Assembly: GCA_029881675.1 (NCBI GenBank)
Contig: JAOUMD010000004.1
Coordinates: 1 to 53,065, forward strand
DNA from: Minisyncoccota bacterium
GTDB lineage: Bacteria > Patescibacteriota > Microgenomatia > UBA1400 > PJMF01
Reading direction: 5' to 3'
Length of the DNA: 53,065 nucleotides
How positions within the stretch are numbered: position 1 is the first letter of the stretch; each line of letters opens with the position of its first letter. Of the stretch, positions 17,701 through 25,621 are shown in pieces. A program made the translations under genes and the position numbers. The notes below the pieces were generated by a model, which made no database searches, was not told where the DNA came from, and saw only the letters and a program-made list of their open reading frames with translations.

Positions 17701-18264
17701 TTATTCTTGGATAGGATCTTTGGAAGGGTCTATTTCTTCTTTTTCCATAGTTTCTCCTTCAAGTGGAGTTTCATTTGGAGTTACTTCTGATGTTTCATCA
17801 ATAGATCCACTTGGAGTTGCAGCTTCGTTAATTAGAAATGCATCTACGTTTACAACAATATTCTTAGTTGGGTTATATAAGATAGCTTTATTAGCTTTTT
17901 GGTAAACAATAACTTTATCTCCATCAGTAGCATCTTTATAAAAGTCTTGTTGTGTTGCTAAAGATTTTGCATTGATTACGGTAGCCATGACTGGTTCTTC
18001 TCCCTGGGGAAGAGTCATCAGTTTTCCTATCTTTTTTACAGTAGCTCTAATTTCTTGTTTTGCTACCTCTTGTTGACCTTCAATACTAGAAAGTAAGTTA
18101 ATCTGTTCTTTGGCTTCTTCATATTTCTTGTTTGATTGGTAACCCCAGGCAAGAGAACCAGTAAGACCAACTAATAGAAGTAAAATTAAGACTTTTGTGA
18201 TTATGCCACCTGATTTTTTTTGTGATTGAGGTGATGTTGTTTGAGTTGTTTCTGTTTCTGACAT
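17701..18264 (-). CDS. Hypothetical single-pass membrane protein
   Basis: One TM, then a coiled coil and the segment LP.GEEPVMATV...FYKDA..GDKVIVY..ANKAILYNP. Confidence 0.75.
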   Translation of the reverse strand: MSETETTQTTSPQSQKKSGGIITKVLILLLLVGLTGSLAWGYQSNKKYEEAKEQINLLSSIEGQQEVAKQEIRATVKKIGKLMTLPQGEEPVMATVINAKSLATQQDFYKDATDGDKVIVYQKANKAILYNPTKNIVVNVDAFLINEAATPSGSIDETSEVTPNETPLEGETMEKEEIDPSKDPIQE

Positions 18265-18368
18265 TTAATCATTCTATATCAATTTATGGCTAAAATTCTA
18301 CTATAAAAATAATGGGCGATATTTTTGAGAAATATAACTCAATTCTTAAAGAAAGTTAAATGAGATGT

Positions 18369-18992
18369 TTATTCTGAAACTTTTTGGACTTGGAGGAAGT
18401 CTAGCTCAACTGGAGTCTCACGACCAAAGATAGAGACAAGGACTTCAACCTTACCTTTTTCTTCATTGATTGACTTAACAGTACCAAGGAATTCGTTGAA
18501 AGGACCATCAGTGATTCTGACAGCTTCACCTTCTGAGAATTCAGCTTTGTATTGTGGAGTAGCTTGAGTCATGTACTTCTTAATTGCTTCTACTTCATGT
18601 TTAGGTAGTGGGCGAGGCTTAGTGCCAACCCCAACAAAACCAGTAACACCTTGAGTAGTACGAACAGCTAACCAAGCTTGGTCAGTTAGTTCCATGTTTA
18701 CAAGCATATATCCTGGGAAAATCTTTTCGTTTACTGTTTTTCTTTTACCACGTTTAATTTGAATTTTTTCTTGAGTAGGAATTAAACAAGCAATAATTTT
18801 GTCAGTGAGGTGAAGTGTCTGTGCTCTTTGTTTAAGAGTTTCAGCAACTTTATTTTCATGACCAGAGTAAGTATGAACAACAAACCAACGAGCTTTTTTG
18901 TTTTCGACATCAGAAATTGTTACAACATTAGTTGTATCAACTTGTACTTCTTGTACTTCTGGAACTTCTGGTTGTGGTGTGTCTTGGTTCAT
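18369..18992 (-). CDS. nusG: Transcription termination/antitermination factor NusG
   Basis: WFVVHTYSGHE, FPGY, KOW motif GPF..F.G, IFGRETPVELDF. Confidence 0.98.
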   Translation of the reverse strand: MNQDTPQPEVPEVQEVQVDTTNVVTISDVENKKARWFVVHTYSGHENKVAETLKQRAQTLHLTDKIIACLIPTQEKIQIKRGKRKTVNEKIFPGYMLVNMELTDQAWLAVRTTQGVTGFVGVGTKPRPLPKHEVEAIKKYMTQATPQYKAEFSEGEAVRITDGPFNEFLGTVKSINEEKGKVEVLVSIFGRETPVELDFLQVQKVSE

Positions 18993-18993
18993 A

Positions 18994-19176
18994 TTAGTTA
19001 ATTATGATTGCTATTACTTTTTTTAAAATTAAGTCTACTCCTGTTAGGTATAGTGCAACTACCATACTAATTATGACAACGAGAATTGTCATATCGATAG
19101 TTTGTTTTCTGGTTGGCCAGGTTACTTTCTTGAGTTCGCTGGTAACTTCTTTGATATAACTAACGGGATTCAACAT
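18994..19176 (-). CDS. secE: Preprotein translocase subunit SecE
   Basis: ELKKVTWP plus one TM; upstream of nusG. Confidence 0.95.
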   Translation of the reverse strand: MLNPVSYIKEVTSELKKVTWPTRKQTIDMTILVVIISMVVALYLTGVDLILKKVIAIIIN

Positions 19177-19208
19177 GAGATGAGTATTGTATCATAATTT
19201 TAGGGGTA

Positions 19209-21269
19209 TTACACGCTTGGAGGGGTAATATCCTTATTCTTTAGCTTATCAAGCATTGAACTAGGTCTATTTTGGTTAGAAAAAACCTCTCCAGTATTAT
19301 TTTTGATTGGTGTGTTTTGAGGAATAGGCATCCTTGCTACCGGTGGAGACATAGCTGGTGGAATATTAGTCCCAACACCCTGAGTTTGAATAGATTCTTT
19401 CTTTAAAGAGTTTATTCTGTCTTGAATATTTTTTTCATAGACTGCGCCTGCTGGAGTACCACTCCCTGGAGCACCACCACTTGTAGGTGGCATTGGTGGT
19501 TCCTTGTCATCTTTTTTTCTTTTGAGGAAAGCTAAGAGGATGATCGCTGTGATTAAGCCAAGTCCAATTCCCATAAAGATAATTGGAAGTTTAGGGTTGG
19601 CCATGAAGTAGTTCTTAACTACGTCTAGAGCAGTTTCTTCATCTTCCATTCCGTCAAGATCTTTATCCATGTTATCTGTTCCAGCTGGTTTTTGCATTGT
19701 TTTATCTGAATCAATGGTAATTTCTCCTACAACAGCCTTATTAGGGTCTGTTTTACCAGTTTCTGTAGATCCATCACCAGAGCCTTTGGATGTAGTAGTA
19801 CCACCATAGACAGACTTTGAGACAAGTTTCTTGGTAGAGGCATTACATGAGTAACTACCTGGGTTTGTAGCTAGTCTACAAGCTCCTTGGTAACATCTTA
19901 AGTTAACATCACAATCATTATTTGAGCTACAACTTTCGTTACATGATTTAACAACAGAGCTTCTTTGAGCTATGGTTAGATCACTACAAGTTGTACTACT
20001 TAAGTTTTCTGGGTTTCTACAACTGTTGTTTTGACAGACTAGTCCATCAGCACACTCATTAGAGTCAGAGCAGTACTCATTACAGTTAAAGCTTAAACCT
20101 TGATCTGTTGGGTTAGAACAAGTATTACTAGTTACATTTGTAACAAGACGACATTGACCTGAGTAACATCTAAGGTTTACGTCACAGTCTGCATTAACTG
20201 CACAACTTTCATTACATGAAGCTATATCTGGATTTCCTCCAATCCCAGGATCATCAGTTGGATCCGGAGATACCGCAGGTGATGCAGATGGGCTAGGGGA
20301 AGGGGAGGTTTCTGGAGAAGCATCTGGACTAGCTTCTGGGCTAGCATCCGGATATTCACATCTTGGTGCACCTGCACAACCACATTCATCTGTTATACCT
20401 GGAAGAATAGTACCGCCCTCACAAAATCCTGGGGCTGGATCAAATTGTGCACAAACAATTTGATTGTTGTTATCTCTAGTACAAGCATCTGGACTTGCGC
20501 TTGGAGATGGAGATGCAGTAGGAGCAGCACAATACTTGGCTGGCATAACTTGGGCACATCCCATTCCATCTGGGCAAGGAGGCATAGGTGGTTGATAACA
20601 GATCTCTCCATTTGAACAGTCAGTGTCAGTTTGACAAGATTGTTGTGTCGTTACGGTTCCTATGTCAAAAGAAGTAGTTGCGATATGAGTTAGTTCGTCT
20701 TTTACTGGACTTGAAGCATGAACAGTTGAAATTGAGTTTTCTACATCAAAGTTTAAAGTAATTGTCCCACTCTTAGTTGGATTTACATCTAGAGATGCAA
20801 AAGGAGTAGCTGTATTTGATGAGAATGGTTGGCTAATTTGTTTTGGAAGGGCAATAATTGAAACTAAATATCCATCAGCTGTTGTTTCTACTTCAGAGTA
20901 GGCTAATTGAAGTGGCGCACTGTCTAGAATAGTAAAGACAGGTGGGTTAGGTAGAGTGTCAGTGACTACATTAAAGGTAAGTTGGACACCATCTGTTTGG
21001 ACACCAGCAGTATTGATTGAAAAATTAATTTTCCCAGGCTGATTTGGTCCAAGGTCTGCGGCAGACATTGTGACAGAAACTTTTCCATCAGCTACAGAAG
21101 CTTGCTGTCTGAGATCTTGGGATAATTTTAAGTCTTTTTGGACTAAAATCATGCCAATAGCACCTCCAACAATCATTAAAATAGAAACAAAAATAGCTAA
21201 TTTTGCTAGGAATTGATCCCAACTACTTTTTTTCATTGCAATGAGTTTTGGAGAGATATTCTTTTTCAT
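19209..21269 (-). CDS. Membrane-anchored surface protein: cohesin-like domain, Cys-rich modules, Pro/Ser linkers, C-terminal TM
   Basis: N-terminal TM plus DLRQQAS; beta-rich TDGVQLTFNV...TITLNFD; three CNExCxxNxDC-type repeats; second TM and Pro-rich tail. Confidence 0.7.
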   Translation of the reverse strand: MKKNISPKLIAMKKSSWDQFLAKLAIFVSILMIVGGAIGMILVQKDLKLSQDLRQQASVADGKVSVTMSAADLGPNQPGKINFSINTAGVQTDGVQLTFNVVTDTLPNPPVFTILDSAPLQLAYSEVETTADGYLVSIIALPKQISQPFSSNTATPFASLDVNPTKSGTITLNFDVENSISTVHASSPVKDELTHIATTSFDIGTVTTQQSCQTDTDCSNGEICYQPPMPPCPDGMGCAQVMPAKYCAAPTASPSPSASPDACTRDNNNQIVCAQFDPAPGFCEGGTILPGITDECGCAGAPRCEYPDASPEASPDASPETSPSPSPSASPAVSPDPTDDPGIGGNPDIASCNESCAVNADCDVNLRCYSGQCRLVTNVTSNTCSNPTDQGLSFNCNEYCSDSNECADGLVCQNNSCRNPENLSSTTCSDLTIAQRSSVVKSCNESCSSNNDCDVNLRCYQGACRLATNPGSYSCNASTKKLVSKSVYGGTTTSKGSGDGSTETGKTDPNKAVVGEITIDSDKTMQKPAGTDNMDKDLDGMEDEETALDVVKNYFMANPKLPIIFMGIGLGLITAIILLAFLKRKKDDKEPPMPPTSGGAPGSGTPAGAVYEKNIQDRINSLKKESIQTQGVGTNIPPAMSPPVARMPIPQNTPIKNNTGEVFSNQNRPSSMLDKLKNKDITPPSV

Positions 21270-21331
21270 GTCTACTTATATTTATATATGTTTTTGGTTG
21301 CTATTTATAGGTCAGGTTTTTAATTATTAGT

Positions 21332-22858
21332 TTATGGTAGAGCAATGTTTGGATTAAATTGACCCATCATGAGTGTAAAGTCCATCAAATTAACTTTTCC
21401 ATCAGCATTGATGTCAGCCACAGGATAGTCAGTTCTCATGAATTGTGAGCTGAGGATTGTGTAATCCATAATGTTCACTTTTCCATCCTTATTAAGGTCA
21501 GCACTTTTTTGTTTAACGGTAAATGTAAATTCTTCTGAAGCGACTTCCTTATTCTCTTGGTTCATAACTTGAACTTTAATAATTCCTGTTCCAATTCCAT
21601 GGTAGGAAATATCCGCGTGTGATTCAGGACAGGGTTTATTTACTCCATATAAACAGTATGTCGTACCATCTGCATTCATTGATTCAATAGCATTAGAAGA
21701 AACACTGACAATGTCATTGTTTAAAGAAGTCCATACATAGTGGAAGGGGCTTAGATCAGTCACTATATTATCATCACTGTCTCTTAATACGGCATTGACT
21801 CCATAGCCGTGGTAAGGGCCCATTAGGAATACTTCAATGTCTTCAGTAACAGGTTTCTTTTCTATATAGTAGCCAAATTCAGAAGGAGGTTTGTGGTCTA
21901 TAGATAAGAATGCTTGAAGGTTTAGATTTTCAAAATGAACTTTACCTAAGCCATCTTTTGAAGTTAAGTCAAAAACAGACATAATTAAAGGATTTCCTAA
22001 TTCATTACCGGTAAACCCTGGGTAATATAGTTGTTTATAGCTTGAAGTACCATCATAAGTTCTTAGTTCTGTTACCTCCCAAAATCCACCAGGAGTATAT
22101 TTGAAATAAATGTACATTCTCATTGGGATGGATTGTTCAGACCAAGTTATTTCTAAAGTAGTATAGATATCGCTTCCTGGATCAGAATGTACTGTAATAT
22201 TTGGATCGTCAGCTATAAATTTCTTACCATTGGTTTCAATATAGAAGTTGTCAGCACTAAGTTTTGCATAAGCTGTGGCAAAGGAAACTTTGTTGTTTGT
22301 GACTGTTTCTTTTAATTTACAATACTGAGCTGGCATAACTTGAGCACAATATGCCCCAATAGGACAATATGGCATTGGTGGCTGATAACAGAATTCGTTG
22401 TTTGAACAGTCTGTGTCAGACTGGCAGAATTGTAGTGTTGTCGGAGTTGGGGTCGGTGTTGGTGAAGGGCAAACTAGAATAGGATCACAAGGAGCCTGAA
22501 TACATTGAACACTTTGGTAGAAACATCCAACAGGTGGAGATGGATAGGGTGAAGGAGCTGGTGATCCAGTTGGAATAGGTGATGGAGTAGGTGTTGGAAC
22601 TACTGTTGAAGTAGGCACTGGTGATGGTAGCTCACAACTAGGAGGTTGTTCACAACCACATTCATTTGTACCACCAGGAATTAGAGTTCCATTTGCACAA
22701 TAGTCAGGTGCAAGTTGCCAACTAGGGCATACTGCTTGATTATTATTATCATAAGTACAGTTTGGGTTAGGAGTCATCGCATCAGCATTTTGAGAGAAAA
22801 AACTATTTCCCAAAATAAAGGTCAATAGAATAAGGGGAACTAGGAGAAATTTCTTCAT
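21332..22858 (-). CDS. Secreted Cys/Pro-rich protein with C-terminal dockerin-like domain
   Basis: Signal peptide from MKKFLL; PT linkers; duplicated ADLNKDGKVNIMD / ADINADGKVNLMD Ca-binding loops. Confidence 0.8.
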   Translation of the reverse strand: MKKFLLVPLILLTFILGNSFFSQNADAMTPNPNCTYDNNNQAVCPSWQLAPDYCANGTLIPGGTNECGCEQPPSCELPSPVPTSTVVPTPTPSPIPTGSPAPSPYPSPPVGCFYQSVQCIQAPCDPILVCPSPTPTPTPTTLQFCQSDTDCSNNEFCYQPPMPYCPIGAYCAQVMPAQYCKLKETVTNNKVSFATAYAKLSADNFYIETNGKKFIADDPNITVHSDPGSDIYTTLEITWSEQSIPMRMYIYFKYTPGGFWEVTELRTYDGTSSYKQLYYPGFTGNELGNPLIMSVFDLTSKDGLGKVHFENLNLQAFLSIDHKPPSEFGYYIEKKPVTEDIEVFLMGPYHGYGVNAVLRDSDDNIVTDLSPFHYVWTSLNNDIVSVSSNAIESMNADGTTYCLYGVNKPCPESHADISYHGIGTGIIKVQVMNQENKEVASEEFTFTVKQKSADLNKDGKVNIMDYTILSSQFMRTDYPVADINADGKVNLMDFTLMMGQFNPNIALP

Positions 22859-22937
22859 ATAATACAAAAAATAAGTACTTAATTTTATTCTAAAGAAAAA
22901 ATGATGAGGTGACTAGGGGTCATTTTAATAATAAAGA

Positions 22938-24539
22938 TTAACAGTTATCGAAGAATCTTCCTGAAAGAAGGGAATAATCTAATAAGTTGATCTTATTATC
23001 TCCACTGATGTCTGATCTTGGATTTATTGGGTTAGTGCTAAAGAAGTCGGTGACTAGAATAGTATAGTCTTTAATATTGACCACACCATCAAGATTAATA
23101 TCTTCAGAACAAGATATAGGTGAGGGAGAGACGGATGGGCTAGGTGTAGCAATGGGAGTGGGAGATGGTTCAATAGTTGGGGTAGGGCTGGGAGATGGAG
23201 TGGGGGTTGGAGTAGGGGTTGGTGAAGAAATAACATTTGCAGATGCTCCAATTACACTTGAGAAACCACTCTGGAATGGACCGATACCTGCTTGGAAAGC
23301 AGCTGATGAAGTTTTTAGTTTATAACTTTCAGGATTGGTCAGAGATGGAGAAGAGAAAAATTCAGGTTGACCATACTGATCCCCACTACCATTTGCAATA
23401 TTTGGTCCTGGTTCACCAGAAACCCACAGATTGGTATTAAAGTTAATCCCACTTGTTAAGTCAGTCCAAATATCTACACCTCTTTTTGAGTAAACAATAT
23501 TTTTATAGTATTGATTAGTTCCCTGGGTAGGGAGAGGATCGATAGAAGTTCCAGTTTTATCAATGTTCCATAATAGATTGTTGTGAATATTAATATTTTT
23601 AATAGCAGCTCCACTTTGGCCTCCATCAAAGAAAGTGATTCCATAGTAACAGTCTGTCGCAATGTTGTTATAAACTTCGACATTATTCATTTGAGCGCCC
23701 CAGCCTGTGTAATGTTCTTCAGCTAATTCAATACAGCGACCTTTTTTACCATCTTTGTAGTATTCAGAGTTACTTGTGTAATAAGAAAAGTTGTTACGAA
23801 CAATTGAATTAGGAGAATTATCTATATATATATTTACACCAAAATTGTCATAGGCAGTATTGTTTTCAATGATTGACCCAACTACTCTAGTCATGGCAAT
23901 ACCCTCACCATAGTTGTTATAAACAGTGTTATTTTTGATAGTTACGTTTTCTGCTCCATGATGACCTTTAATTCCTGATCCCCACATACTGCTTTGGCCA
24001 GTGTGAGCAAATGCTAAGTTTGTATTATAGACTTTGCTATTTTGCATGGTGATATTTTGACCATCTATATTAATCCCATGACCTTTACAGTCATGAATAT
24101 CTAGATTGTCTAGAATAATATTTTGAGATGAAATATCTATATCAGCACAGTAGCCATCAGTTTCACCAGGGTTCTTTCCTTTTTGAATTTCTAGTCCAAT
24201 CACCTTAATATAGTCACCTGTAATTAAAAGCGGTTGAAAGTTGAAATTTCCATTTACGACAGGTCTTCCAGAAGTGGTAGAGATAGTTATCCAATTATTT
24301 GCGTTACCACTTTTGTTTAATCTTAGCTGTTCGTTGTAAATCCCAGGATTTAATTTAAGCTCATCTCCAGGATTAAGGACAGAAATACTTTTTTCAAAGG
24401 TTTTAAAGGGGGAACTTTGTGAACCATTATTATTATCATTACCAGAAGGGGAAACAAAGTAAGTTGAAGCTGCCGCCTGGCCAGAGCTCATGAAAAATAG
24501 GAACAAAAAGAAAAGGCTATATATAAATTTTTTTAGCAA
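22938..24539 (-). CDS. Secreted right-handed parallel beta-helix (pectate-lyase-like) protein with PT linker and dockerin-like domain
   Basis: YFVSPSGNDNNNGSQSSPFKT, PGD..L.PG.Y, repeated I.NN..YNN; EDINLDGVVNIKD / SDISGDNKINLLD. Confidence 0.85.
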   Translation of the reverse strand: MLKKFIYSLFFLFLFFMSSGQAAASTYFVSPSGNDNNNGSQSSPFKTFEKSISVLNPGDELKLNPGIYNEQLRLNKSGNANNWITISTTSGRPVVNGNFNFQPLLITGDYIKVIGLEIQKGKNPGETDGYCADIDISSQNIILDNLDIHDCKGHGINIDGQNITMQNSKVYNTNLAFAHTGQSSMWGSGIKGHHGAENVTIKNNTVYNNYGEGIAMTRVVGSIIENNTAYDNFGVNIYIDNSPNSIVRNNFSYYTSNSEYYKDGKKGRCIELAEEHYTGWGAQMNNVEVYNNIATDCYYGITFFDGGQSGAAIKNINIHNNLLWNIDKTGTSIDPLPTQGTNQYYKNIVYSKRGVDIWTDLTSGINFNTNLWVSGEPGPNIANGSGDQYGQPEFFSSPSLTNPESYKLKTSSAAFQAGIGPFQSGFSSVIGASANVISSPTPTPTPTPSPSPTPTIEPSPTPIATPSPSVSPSPISCSEDINLDGVVNIKDYTILVTDFFSTNPINPRSDISGDNKINLLDYSLLSGRFFDNC

Positions 24540-24632
24540 GTTATCTATATATTAGTCAGACTTCTATACAAAAAACAAGAATTGAAATCATACTTTTTTT
24601 AGCTTATTCTTTATTTAGATTAACTGCTCTTT

Positions 24633-24790
24633 AACTTGAGAACTTAGCGTGAGAAGTGAACGTATTTCCTCAACAGTTTTACGAAGGGCTTAAGAATTGT
24701 TCAAGTAGTGTAATGCTACCTGGCGGTCTGCCCACCTGGTTAACCCGGGGATTAATATTGCTTCTCACGCTAAGTTCTCGAGTTTTTTTA
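24633..24790 (+). ncRNA. Candidate 6S RNA (long closing stem, central bubble)
   Basis: 25-bp closing helix 24633-24657/24760-24784 whose two non-WC positions are G-U pairs only on the + strand; internal CCCACCTG and small hairpins; ends in a T run. Confidence 0.55.
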
Positions 24791-24921
24791 TTAATTTATT
24801 TCAAATAGATCTTAGGTCAAAATTACTAGAGAAAAAATGCAATTTTTTTGTTATACTCTCTGTCTGTGAGATTGTTTATAGTGGTTTAACCTTTTCTTAA
24901 GGTAGAATGAAAGTGAGCTAT

Positions 24922-24993
24922 GCCCAGATAGTTCAGTGGCAGAACGCTTTCTTGGTAAGAAAGAGGTCGAGGGTCCGATTCCCTCTCTGGGCT
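24922..24993 (+). tRNA. tRNA-Thr(GGT)
   Basis: GCCCAGA/TCTGGGC acceptor stem, CTTTC-TT-GGT-AA-GAAAG anticodon arm; T loop reads TCCGATT. Confidence 0.9.
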
Positions 24994-25036
24994 CAGAAGA
25001 GTAGAGAGAAGGATAAACATCTTTAACAGATAAAAC

Positions 25037-25113
25037 GCCGAGATAGCTCAGTTGGCTAGAGCACCTGCTTTGTAACCAGGAGGTCAAGGGTTCGACCCCC
25101 TTTCTCGGCTCCA
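25037..25113 (+). tRNA. tRNA-Thr(TGT)
   Basis: GCCGAGA/TCTCGGC acceptor stem, TT-TGT-AA loop, GGTTCGA, encoded CCA. Confidence 0.93.
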
Positions 25114-25169
25114 AGAGTCATTTATATTAATTATTTATATATTTAAATACTAAATTAAGATGGCTTTAT

Positions 25170-25255
25170 GCCAAGTTACTCAAGTGGTCAACGAGGGCAG
25201 ACTGTAAATCTGCTGACGATTGTCTTCGTAGGTTCGAATCCTACACTTGGCACCA
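25170..25255 (+). tRNA. tRNA-Tyr(GTA)
   Basis: GCAGA-CT-GTA-AA-TCTGC anticodon arm, long variable arm, GGTTCGAATCC, encoded CCA. Confidence 0.96.
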
Positions 25256-25319
25256 AATGATAGGGATATATTCCTACCAGATGACATATCTGTATATATA
25301 GTGTAAAATATCAACTCTT

Positions 25320-25526
25320 ATGGCAAAGAAATCAAAAAAAGGTCCTAGACAAAAAACCGGTTTAAAATGTTCTGATTGTGGAGCATTTGGTTATGTGACT
25401 AAATTCAACAAAAATAACGAACAATTAAAGAAACAAACTGATGGTGAAGGAACCTTCCCATTAAACAAATATTGTAAGAAGTGTATGAAACATACCTCTC
25501 ACAAAGTAATGAAAAAACTTAAATAA
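25320..25526 (+). CDS. rpmG: 50S ribosomal protein bL33 (Zn-binding form)
   Basis: LKCSDC...KYCKKC..HT.H; follows the Thr/Thr/Tyr tRNAs. Confidence 0.9.
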   Translation: MAKKSKKGPRQKTGLKCSDCGAFGYVTKFNKNNEQLKKQTDGEGTFPLNKYCKKCMKHTSHKVMKKLK

Positions 25527-25552
25527 TATTTAAGTAATATCTTATTGAAATT

Positions 25553-25580
25553 AGACCAGAGATTTATTCTCTGGTTTTTT
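25553..25580 (+). terminator. rpmG terminator
   Basis: AGACCAGAGA-TTTAT-TCTCTGGTTT followed by Ts. Confidence 0.75.
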
Positions 25581-25621
25581 ATTGTCTTTATTTGTATTGT
25601 TAATATCTGTATATTCATAAT

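Noticed and set aside
23110-23230. GGAGT/GGGGT-type short repeats (also near 20270-20350 and 22440-22630) as a CRISPR or DNA repeat array
   Set aside because: They encode Pro/Thr/Ser linkers; no constant repeat-spacer period and no cas genes
24851-25114. 87-aa minus-strand ORF
   Set aside because: It is the antisense reading of the two tRNA-Thr genes
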